Shown piece by piece: positions 18,951-26,603 of a stretch of DNA of 64,000 nucleotides. The notes under the pieces are model-generated. The model was not told the DNA's origin. It ran no database searches and saw nothing but the letters and a program-made list of their open reading frames with translations. Source of the stretch: Candidatus Levybacteria bacterium RIFCSPHIGHO2_01_FULL_37_17 (GTDB lineage: Bacteria > Patescibacteriota > Microgenomatia > Levybacterales > UBA12049); contig MFNL01000001.1 of NCBI GenBank assembly GCA_001782035.1, forward strand, positions 212,648 to 276,647, read 5' to 3'. Every line of letters starts with the position of its first letter. The first letter of the stretch is position 1. The position numbers were made by a program, and so were the translations under genes.

Positions 18951-19021
18951 TCGGGGAGCCGGGAATTGAACCCGGACCACACGCACCCCATGCGCGCATT
19001 CTACCGGTAAACTACTCCCCG
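18951..19021 (-). tRNA. tRNA-Pro, anticodon GGG (inferred by manual folding)
   Basis: The minus-strand sequence is CGGGGAG-TA-GTTT-ACCGGTA-GAAT-G-CGCGC-AUGGGGU-GCGTG-TGGT-CCGGG-TTCAATT-CCCGG-CTCCCCG-A. The C1:G72 pair and the A73 discriminator are typical of bacterial tRNA-Pro. The T-arm reads GGTTCAATTCC and CCA is not encoded. Confidence 0.7.
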
Positions 19022-19041
19022 GAGTTTATATATTATAGCAT

Positions 19042-19533
19042 CTACTTAAAAAGACCGGGAGTTTCAAATTCTTTTTCCAAATACTCTTCTACTTCTCTAT
19101 CAAAATGGCCGTGGCCAACTGATAGCTCTTTCAATTTTGGGTCGTCATAAAATAGGGAAGCAAGATATAAATCAAGTTTTTCACCGTGTGCATATCCCAA
19201 CAATCCATGCGGAGAATAAACTTCGTGTTTAAATTCTCCATCAACTACTTCGGTCCTTCCAATAGAGACAACGAGTCTTGCCTTGTGGTGCCCCCTTATA
19301 ATTTCAATTCTATCTAAATCAATAACAATCCCGCTTTCAAAAGCTGAATATTTATCGATGATTATTTTATCTCTTTGCTTACCCTTAGAAGGTAAGTCGA
19401 CAACTATACGGGGATCGAAAGTGTCGTACTGCCTGACTTTTTTATCAGCATAAGACGCCGTAAGCTTTCCGCCTCGTCTATAGCTGTGTTCTGAGTGTTG
19501 GGGATGTAACTCTATGTTTGGCACGAGCAGCAA
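19042..19533 (-). CDS. hypothetical protein (163 aa, Cys-free, His-rich segments)
   Basis: The ORF is long with good codon usage and I recognise no family. Confidence 0.3.
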   Translation of the reverse strand: MLLVPNIELHPQHSEHSYRRGGKLTASYADKKVRQYDTFDPRIVVDLPSKGKQRDKIIIDKYSAFESGIVIDLDRIEIIRGHHKARLVVSIGRTEVVDGEFKHEVYSPHGLLGYAHGEKLDLYLASLFYDDPKLKELSVGHGHFDREVEEYLEKEFETPGLFK

Positions 19534-19578
19534 TTATAACAGCTTTGAAGCTACAATACAACTATTATAGGATAAGAT

Positions 19579-21222
19579 CTACCAACTTCCTCCACCACCG
19601 CCCCCACCGCCCCCACCGGACGAGCCGCCGGAAAATCCGGAAGATGAAGATGGGGCAGAAGTTGTAAAACTACTTGATGCAGCGCTGTTAAAAAGGGCGT
19701 AACTTGCATAAAAATTTCCTGTGCCACTATACCAATCTGGTTTATAATCCGGTTTTAAAATTTTAAGCGCGGACAAAAACTTGTCAATATATCCAAGTGC
19801 AAGCGCATAAGGAATCATTTGCTCGACTGTGTAAAATTTTTCTGCCTGCCATTTGTAGTTTCTATCCATCCCTTTTAGAAAAAGCTTAAGCCCGTCTATT
19901 TTAAAATCTATTTCATCTCCTTTTTGAGTCCTTCCGTTTAATTTAAGGGATAGGAAAAAGAGTACCGGCGAAAGAATTATGTTACCAAAGAAAAGCACAA
20001 TAAGTGCAAACACCAAAAGGAACTGTTTTTGTACCTTCGGATTTTTTGCGTAGTAGCCTTTATCAACTAAGCTTTCAAAAACCTCGCTTTCCAGGTCGTT
20101 AAAAGTTTTGTAAAAGTCTGTTTTCAAACTCGAAACCTCAATTGTATCTCCGCTTTCAAAAAGTCTGTCCATTAAAATTTTTTCAAATGGAAAAAGCCTG
20201 CCATCGGGCTCTTTTAGTTTTGTAATTACTTGGTCGTCTGAATCGGGAAGCAGAGCTCGTGTTTTTTTCTTTCCTTCTATTTTTATGTATTTTCTCATTG
20301 CCAAGTCAAAAATTGTTGCTGTTATGTCGTCTCTTTCAAGCTTTGTGCTATCTATTGTTCCAGACAGCGCAGGTGGAATTCTATTTCCTTTTTCATCTTT
20401 TGGAATATCAAAGTTTACCGTAGGTATTCCTAACCGAGCTTTATTTTTATTCTTTTGGTACCAGTAAATTAAGCCGGCTGGAATTACTACATTCAAAAGC
20501 AGCCAGAACAGATAATAATATTTTGCCAAAAACAAGAAAATCTTTTCTTCTAAAGACCTTGGAGGCTCTTTTGATAATATGCTTGCCGGAAAAGTTTTGG
20601 GAGGGAAGGTTGCAACTATTGTTAAGCCGTAAGTCGGATATAAAATTTGAGAAACCTCTGCTTCACCGTTTACTATTTTACAACTCTTACTTGATCCGCT
20701 TGGCCCTTCAAAACACTTAAAGTTTGTCAATTTTGCATCAAAATCGGCTCTAACCTTGGCACTTGCCTTCTCTATATTTACCTGCCAACTATTTCCCGTT
20801 GCATTCCAGTAGATTTCATCGTGAGTCTCAAAATTACTCCCAATACCATTTTCAACTGTATAGAAAATGCTGTAAATTTGAGGTCCTGAAATCTCCTTAT
20901 CTGCATTGCCAATTTTTATAGTTATTTGTTCGTTATCTTGATTAGTTTCAAAATTCTCGTCTTTTCCGTTTCTTAAAACTTTAACATTATCTATTTTTAT
21001 AATTCTATACAAATCCCCGACTTTTGAATATAAAGGGATATTTCTGAAAATTCCATGTCTTGAAAGTGATTCGAAATCATAATCAATAACTTCCGTTATA
21101 TTCATTAAGCCGTTTTTATGTGCGAGAATTGAAACGTCGAAAGAATGGATTACTTCGGCGAAAGAGTATCTGGGAAAGAGGAAAAACACAGAAACAAATA
21201 AAAACAATAATAATTTCTTCAC
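19579..21222 (-). CDS. DUF2207-like membrane protein with a signal peptide, extracellular domain, TM helices and a poly-Gly C-terminal tail
   Basis: The signal peptide is MKKLLLFLFVSVFFLFPRYSFA. Hydrophobic helices flank a cytoplasmic loop and the C-terminus reads ..SSGFSGGSSGGGGGGGGGGSW. Confidence 0.5.
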   Translation of the reverse strand: MKKLLLFLFVSVFFLFPRYSFAEVIHSFDVSILAHKNGLMNITEVIDYDFESLSRHGIFRNIPLYSKVGDLYRIIKIDNVKVLRNGKDENFETNQDNEQITIKIGNADKEISGPQIYSIFYTVENGIGSNFETHDEIYWNATGNSWQVNIEKASAKVRADFDAKLTNFKCFEGPSGSSKSCKIVNGEAEVSQILYPTYGLTIVATFPPKTFPASILSKEPPRSLEEKIFLFLAKYYYLFWLLLNVVIPAGLIYWYQKNKNKARLGIPTVNFDIPKDEKGNRIPPALSGTIDSTKLERDDITATIFDLAMRKYIKIEGKKKTRALLPDSDDQVITKLKEPDGRLFPFEKILMDRLFESGDTIEVSSLKTDFYKTFNDLESEVFESLVDKGYYAKNPKVQKQFLLVFALIVLFFGNIILSPVLFFLSLKLNGRTQKGDEIDFKIDGLKLFLKGMDRNYKWQAEKFYTVEQMIPYALALGYIDKFLSALKILKPDYKPDWYSGTGNFYASYALFNSAASSSFTTSAPSSSSGFSGGSSGGGGGGGGGGSW

Positions 21223-21259
21223 TGCGGGAATTATATAACTTTAAAGCTTGAAGCTCAAA

Positions 21260-21685
21260 TTATTTTTGCTCTAAGAGTTGTTTAAGGGGGCCTAAATAAA
21301 AATCTTTCCAGCCGGAATTTATATCTTTTGCATTTTTTTCCGGAACATTTTCGTGAACTAGCTCTAGTTTTGTTTTACCATTTTCTTCGGAAAGCGAGAA
21401 TGTTGTGGTAGATGGTTCGTCCCATCTATCTTTTCCGCTCCACCATTCTTGTACGAGTTTTTTATGTTTGGAAACCAGCAAATTCTTTCCGAAAATTTGG
21501 GAACCCCAAAGTGTAAATTTAAATCCAACTTCATCACTCATTTTAGAAGGTCCGCCACCCCAGGCATCAATTTGCTTTGGATCAACAAGCGCTTTCCAAA
21601 CTTTAGAAATAGGGGAATTTATAAGGTATGTCTGCCTAATGGTCTTCACTGTCCTATTATACCATAACTGAGGCCAAATTACCAC
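21260..21685 (-). CDS. SRPBCC/AHSA1-like (Bet v1 fold) protein
   Basis: The sequence ..TIRQTYLINSPISKVWKALVDPKQIDAW.. is typical of Aha1/polyketide-cyclase-like START-fold proteins. The real start is uncertain. Confidence 0.5.
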   Translation of the reverse strand: MVIWPQLWYNRTVKTIRQTYLINSPISKVWKALVDPKQIDAWGGGPSKMSDEVGFKFTLWGSQIFGKNLLVSKHKKLVQEWWSGKDRWDEPSTTTFSLSEENGKTKLELVHENVPEKNAKDINSGWKDFYLGPLKQLLEQK

Positions 21686-21735
21686 ATACTAACATTCTCA
21701 GGTATGTTAGTATGTTTTATGTTAGTGGCATATGC
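21684..21735. promoter_or_regulatory. palindromic operator-like element upstream of recA
   Basis: A perfect 12-bp inverted repeat ACATACTAACAT (21684-21695) and ATGTTAGTATGT (21704-21715) is separated by 8 nt. A third ATGTTAGT copy lies at 21719-21726 and the GCATATGC palindrome at 21728-21735. Confidence 0.45.
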
Positions 21736-21792
21736 AAATCAATATAAAATACCTCTTGTAATTTGGATTACAAATGATTTACAATCGCACAA

Positions 21793-22881
21793 ATGGCAAG
21801 GACAAAGAAATCTTCATCAAACGGAGAAGTAGTTAAACAAGCTACAGCGCAATCTTCCGGAAAATTAGAAGCAGTAAAGCTTGCAATGGAGCAAATTGAA
21901 AAACAATACGGTCGCGGCTCCATTATGCGCTTTGGTGAAATAGGCCAAAAGCTGGATGTTTCGGTTATCTCCACAGGCTGTCTTCCTTTAGACTTAGCAC
22001 TCGGCGTAGGAGGAGTGCCAAGGGGTAGAATAATTGAAATTTACGGTCCCGAGGCTTCCGGCAAAACCACAGTTTGCTTATCAATTATTGCCCAAGCCCA
22101 AAAGCACGGAGGAGTTGCAGCATTTATAGACGCAGAACATGCGCTCGACCCATTGTGGGCTGAGCGAATCGGAGTAAAACTGGACGATTTGCTAATTTCT
22201 CAACCGGATACCGGTGAGCAGGCTTTGGAAATTGCAGAAAGTTTAATTAGAAGCGGAGGCGTTGATGTTCTCGTCATCGATTCAGTAGCAGCACTTGTGC
22301 CAAGGGCTGAAATTGAGGGTGAAATGGGGGACGCAGTAATGGGACTTCAGGCAAGACTAATGTCGCAGGCTTTAAGGAAATTAACTGCTGTAATTTCTAA
22401 AAGTAAAACCGTAGTTATATTTACAAATCAGCTAAGGCAAAAAATCGGGATAATGTTTGGAAACCCTGAAACAACCACCGGAGGGCTGGCTCTTAAATTC
22501 TATTCGTCTGTTAGAATCGACGTTAGAAAAATTGAAACCTTAAAAGAAGGCGACAAAGTATATGGAAGTAGACACAGAGCAAAGATTGTAAAAAATAAAG
22601 TTTCCTCTCCTTTTAGAATTGCAGAGTTTGATGTAATGGGAGACAGCGGAATTTCCAGAGAAGGGGGCATTATGGATGTTGGAGTTGAAATGGAAGTAAT
22701 TGGAAAGAGTGGTGCTTTTTTTAGATACGGCGAGACGATGATTGGACAAGGCAAACAAGCAGCAGTAATGTATTTGAAAGAAAAACCGGAAATGGCAAGA
22801 AAAATAGTCGATGAAATAATGGCAAAATCTAAGAGAACTCCAGGAAGAGTAGAAGTAGGAAAAGAAGAAGAGAAAGAATAA
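21793..22881 (+). CDS. recA: recombinase RecA
   Basis: The Walker [10 protein letters not shown] is present, with ..[11 protein letters not shown].. and the L2 loop. The full-length product is 362 aa. Confidence 0.95.
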   Translation: MARTKKSSSNGEVVKQATAQSSGKLEAVKLAMEQIEKQYGRGSIMRFGEIGQKLDVSVISTGCLPLDLALGVGGVPRGRIIEIYGPEASGKTTVCLSIIAQAQKHGGVAAFIDAEHALDPLWAERIGVKLDDLLISQPDTGEQALEIAESLIRSGGVDVLVIDSVAALVPRAEIEGEMGDAVMGLQARLMSQALRKLTAVISKSKTVVIFTNQLRQKIGIMFGNPETTTGGLALKFYSSVRIDVRKIETLKEGDKVYGSRHRAKIVKNKVSSPFRIAEFDVMGDSGISREGGIMDVGVEMEVIGKSGAFFRYGETMIGQGKQAAVMYLKEKPEMARKIVDEIMAKSKRTPGRVEVGKEEEKE

Positions 22882-22896
22882 CCCCTTATTCATTAA

Positions 22897-23394
22897 ATGG
22901 ATAACTTTGCTAAACTGCTAAACAAGGCCTACAGATTTTTGTCATACAGGCCGCGTAGCGTTAAAGAAGTTGAGGACTATCTTCTAAAGAAATCCTCTTT
23001 CGCTAAAGCTTCAGAGGGACAAGAAAAGCAAGAAATTGAGAAGCTCATAGATTCAATAATAAACAAACTAAAAGAGCAAAAGTTTTTAAACGATTTTGAG
23101 TTTGCAAAATGGTGGATAGAATCTCGGGCTAAATTTAAACCAAGAGCTCTAAAAATTATTAAGTTGGAGCTAAGGCAAAAAGGTATTGATAAGGAATTAA
23201 TAGAACAAGTTTTAGAACAAGGTGAAGAACTCAAGAGCGATTTTGATCAAGCCCTAGATTTGGCAAAGCACAAAGCCTTGCGCTTTAAAAATCTGGAGCA
23301 TAGAAAGGCGTATGAAAAAATGGGTAGATTTCTTGCAAGTAAAGGTTTTGAATGGGACACGATTAAAAAAGTCATTGACCAAGTTTTAAAGTAG
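22897..23394 (+). CDS. recX: RecA regulator RecX
   Basis: A helical repeat protein lies immediately downstream of recA (..AYRFLSYRPRS..E...L..). Confidence 0.7.
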   Translation: MDNFAKLLNKAYRFLSYRPRSVKEVEDYLLKKSSFAKASEGQEKQEIEKLIDSIINKLKEQKFLNDFEFAKWWIESRAKFKPRALKIIKLELRQKGIDKELIEQVLEQGEELKSDFDQALDLAKHKALRFKNLEHRKAYEKMGRFLASKGFEWDTIKKVIDQVLK

Positions 23395-23416
23395 AGTTAT
23401 AATAGCTTTAATAGGA

Positions 23417-23517
23417 TCGCGTCGAACGCGACTGGACAAAAGTAAGTATATGAACACCAGATTCGTATCAGAAATTAAATAATTTATAGCTCAGTAAACT
23501 GAGTTCTCCTTTTGTCC
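23417..23517 (+). promoter_or_regulatory. structured 5' leader region of rny (nested hairpins)
   Basis: One hairpin is TCGCG-tcgaa-CGCGA (23417-23431). A long-range 9-bp pair GGACAAAAG (23434-23442) / CTTTTGTCC (23509-23517) encloses the hairpin CTCAG-taaa-CTGAG (23490-23503). An A8 run precedes the ATG. Confidence 0.3.
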
Positions 23518-23530
23518 ACAAAAAAAATTT

Positions 23531-24769
23531 ATGGCACAACAAGATTTAGTAGCACTCGAGAAAAAACTTCTTGAAAAAGAGGAAAGGCTCGATGCTGAAA
23601 AACAAAAAATAGAAGGTCTGCGCGATAAGCTAGAGGAACAGCTTGAAAAAGTATCTTCATTAACGCCTCAGGAAGCAAGAGATGAGCTCCTCGCCTTAGT
23701 AGAGGGCAAAGAAGCAAAGGCAGCAGCCAAGATTATTAAAATCAAAGAGGAAGAAGCAAAAGCGACCGCTGATAAAAAGGCGCAGGAAATCCTTGTTGAT
23801 AGTATGCGCCACGGCGCTCTAAGTTATATCCCCGAATATACGCTTTCTATAGTAAAAATTACAGACGAGGACGTAAAGGGAAGAATTATTGGTAAAGAAG
23901 GACGAAATATTCGTGCATTTGAGCAGGCAACAGGAGTTGATGTAGATTTAGATGAAGAAGGAGTAATAAGGCTTTCATCTTTTGACCAGGTTAGGCGTGA
24001 AATTGCACGTAGATCACTCGACAAATTAATTAAAGACACCCGCATTCAGCCTTTTAGGATCGAGGAAATTGTAAGCCAAACAAAAGAAGAGGTAGATAAA
24101 GTAATGTTTGATGAGGGAGAAAAGCTTGCGCATGAGGCCGGGGTTTTTAATTTGCAAAAAGATCTGCTTTCGGTTTTGGGAAGGTTTAAGTTTAGGACAT
24201 CATTTGGGCAGAATTTGGTCGTACACACATTGGAGCTTACAAAAATCGGCATGCACATTGCTGCAGAGGTTGGTGCGGATGTAAATGTTGTAAGACTTGG
24301 CTGTTTGTTTCACGATATAGGAAAAGTGGTTGAGGGAGAGGGAAGCCACGTAAAATTAGGCGTTGATTTACTTAAAAAATTTAATATTCCGCAACCTATT
24401 GTTGATTGTGTTGCCCAGCATCACGAAGATGAGCCTTTTACGTCTGTTGAGAGTGTAATAGTTCACATAGCAGACCAAATATCAGGAGCAAGGCCTGGGG
24501 CAAGATACGAGGATATAGAAGAATATGGAAAAAGACTGACGCAAATGGAGGAAATTGCAAAGAAATTTGACGGAGTTGAAGACGCTTATGCTTTTGAAGC
24601 AGGAAGAGAATTGCGGGTAATTATTAACCCCGGAGTCTTAAACGATGAAGAAACTACGGTTTTGGCAGCAAAAATTAGAGATGAAGTGTCTAAGGCCTTG
24701 GCGGTTCCCGGAGAAGTTAAAGTAACAGCAATTCGGGAATTCAGGGCTGTATCCTCGGAGTCTTCGTAA
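23531..24769 (+). CDS. rny: ribonuclease Y (KH + HD domains, no N-terminal TM helix)
   Basis: The N-terminus is coiled-coil. The KH domain reads IIGKEGRNIRAFEQATGVD and the HD domain ..HTLE...IG..IA.E.GA.V...R.G.LFHDIGK... Confidence 0.85.
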   Translation: MAQQDLVALEKKLLEKEERLDAEKQKIEGLRDKLEEQLEKVSSLTPQEARDELLALVEGKEAKAAAKIIKIKEEEAKATADKKAQEILVDSMRHGALSYIPEYTLSIVKITDEDVKGRIIGKEGRNIRAFEQATGVDVDLDEEGVIRLSSFDQVRREIARRSLDKLIKDTRIQPFRIEEIVSQTKEEVDKVMFDEGEKLAHEAGVFNLQKDLLSVLGRFKFRTSFGQNLVVHTLELTKIGMHIAAEVGADVNVVRLGCLFHDIGKVVEGEGSHVKLGVDLLKKFNIPQPIVDCVAQHHEDEPFTSVESVIVHIADQISGARPGARYEDIEEYGKRLTQMEEIAKKFDGVEDAYAFEAGRELRVIINPGVLNDEETTVLAAKIRDEVSKALAVPGEVKVTAIREFRAVSSESS

Positions 24770-24795
24770 GATAATTTTTGACCCCTTTTGTTATA

Positions 24796-24824
24796 TTGAC
24801 AAAGAATAGTTTAGATTGTATTGT
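24796..24824 (+). promoter_or_regulatory. putative promoter TTGACA-17-TATTGT for hup
   Basis: TTGACA sits at 24796-24801 and TATTGT at 24819-24824. The AGGAGG RBS lies at 24838-24843. Confidence 0.4.
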
Positions 24825-24851
24825 AGGTCTAAATTAAAGGAGGTGATAAAT

Positions 24852-25124
24852 TTGACAAAAAAAGACTTAATTGAGCTGGTTGCTAAAAAAGCAAACCTTA
24901 CAAACAAAGCAGCACGAGACAGTGTACAGGCAATGTTAAACGGAATTAGGGATTCACTAAAAAGAGGAGAAAAAGTAGTAATTACAGGCTTTGGAACATT
25001 TAGTGTTAGAAAGAGAATTGAGCGAATCGGACGAAATCCTAAAACGGGAGAAAAAATGACAATTGAAGCACGAAAGGCTCCGGGCTTTACTGCAGGAAAA
25101 ACATTAAAAAGAATTGTAAGATAA
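24852..25124 (+). CDS. hup: DNA-binding protein HU
   Basis: A TTG start lies 8 nt after the AGGAGG RBS. The sequence ..KKDLIELVA......K..A...V......I...L..GEKV...GFGTF.VR.R..R.GRNP.TGE is HU/IHF-like. Confidence 0.85.
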   Translation: MTKKDLIELVAKKANLTNKAARDSVQAMLNGIRDSLKRGEKVVITGFGTFSVRKRIERIGRNPKTGEKMTIEARKAPGFTAGKTLKRIVR

Positions 25125-25148
25125 TGGCTTTCTGGTATAATTTCTTTA

Positions 25149-26198
25149 ATGATGTCGCTTCGTCTTAAGTTTTTATTTTTTTTAGCCGTAGGCGTTTTAT
25201 TTATTTGGTTTCTTTATATTCAAAGAGAAATAATAACCCCTTTTATTTTTGCAGCAATTTTTGCCTATGTTTTTAATCCGTTAGTAAATTTTCTTCACAA
25301 ACAGGTAAAAATACCTAGAACCTTGTCCGTAATAGTTATATATTCAATTATTATTGCGGCAATTGTAGGAAGCGGTGTTCTTATTTCTAAAAGAGTAATT
25401 GATGAGTCTGTTGCGCTTCACAGCCATGTCACTCAGTTTGCCCAAAGCGTAGAAAGTCAAATTAACACTCTTCCTGAATTTATTAGACCAACTGTTAAAG
25501 ATAGCGTATCTACAATTACAAACTTCAATAAGTTTATTTTTCCATCTCTATATACTTTTATTCCACAGGCCTTTAGTAGACTTATTGCTTTCGCACTTTT
25601 CCTTTTTGCAGCTTTTTATTTCTTAAAAGAGGGAAACAGCATGTATAACAGATTTTTAAATTGGATTCCTAATCGTTATAAACTCGAAACCGAAATTCTT
25701 CTTAAAAAAATAAATGTAGTACTGGGCGGATATTTGCGCGGAATTATATTTTTGGTAATTCTTGTGTCCTTTGTTCTCTTTGTTAGCCTTTCGGTTGTCG
25801 GAGTAAAATACGCCTTAATTCTTGCAATCTTCTCCGGTTTTGCAGAAATAGTTCCCATAATAGGTCCTATTTTGGCAACAGCAATCGTCGCATCTGTTGC
25901 ATATATTTCAGGAAGTAACCATTTCGGATGGGATCCCTTAACCACAGCGCTTGTTGTAGTTTTAATTTATTTTGTTGTAAGACAAGTCCAGGATTATTTT
26001 GTCAATCCGCAGGTTTTTGGAAGAGTTACAAAACTTCATCCTCTTGTTATACTTTTTGCAGTTTTAGCAGGCGAACATACTGCGGGAATAACAGGATTAC
26101 TTTTGGCAGTTCCAATAGCAGGTGTAATAAAAGTAATTTTTGAATATACCTTTGATTTTATTAGCGACAAGGAAATAGAGGAAAAATATAAAAAATAG
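25149..26198 (+). CDS. AI-2E family transporter (UPF0118/PerM-like)
   Basis: The product has eight TM segments and a topology and sequence typical of AI-2E (..ILATAIVASVAYISGS.., ..LLLAVPIAGVIKVIFEY..). Confidence 0.7.
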   Translation: MMSLRLKFLFFLAVGVLFIWFLYIQREIITPFIFAAIFAYVFNPLVNFLHKQVKIPRTLSVIVIYSIIIAAIVGSGVLISKRVIDESVALHSHVTQFAQSVESQINTLPEFIRPTVKDSVSTITNFNKFIFPSLYTFIPQAFSRLIAFALFLFAAFYFLKEGNSMYNRFLNWIPNRYKLETEILLKKINVVLGGYLRGIIFLVILVSFVLFVSLSVVGVKYALILAIFSGFAEIVPIIGPILATAIVASVAYISGSNHFGWDPLTTALVVVLIYFVVRQVQDYFVNPQVFGRVTKLHPLVILFAVLAGEHTAGITGLLLAVPIAGVIKVIFEYTFDFISDKEIEEKYKK

Positions 26199-26558
26199 TT
26201 CTTTGGAAGATAGTAAGCCAGATTCTGTTTTCAATTGCAATCTATCTCAAAATGATGTTTAAATCTCACTTTGCCCAGGTTTTGCCTGGATGCCCTAACT
26301 TTGATGCTGGGTATTGCACGTTGTCGCATCGTTCGTAGGTTACAGCAGGTAGGATTGCCCGTTTCACTCCCACTCGTCTCTGTTGCTCTCAGATTATGTT
26401 AATTCACAATCTGCTCCAAAACCATATGTGGGTAAAATTTTGGATACCAGCGCTTTCGCGTCGGAGCTTACGCCCCAGTCCTTGCAATACTGCTGTCTGG
26501 ACTTTCCTCCCGCTCACATTTTTCAACATGAGGGGTAGCAATTCATCTTCCAAAGAAC
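26198..26558 (-). ncRNA. rnpB: RNase P RNA (bacterial type A-like)
   Basis: The minus-strand transcript carries P1 pairing GUUCUUUGGAAGA (5') / UCUUCCAAAGAAC (3'). The P4 strand is GGGAGGAAAGUCCAGAC. GNRA loops are present (CGCGAAAGCG) along with GAGUGAAACGGG and the conserved 3' ACAGAAUCUGGCUUA. The region is GC-rich and has no plausible ORF. Confidence 0.8.
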
Positions 26559-26603
26559 GGCTATATTCTAACAAATTCGGGCACAAATTTCAACTCACAG
26601 AGG

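Noticed and set aside
18945-18986. N-terminal 14 codons of the polyprenyl synthase ORF (MRVVRVQFPAPRLT)
   Set aside because: They overlap the tRNA-Pro gene on the same strand. The internal Met MQSLEEF at 18944 gives a normal-length protein.
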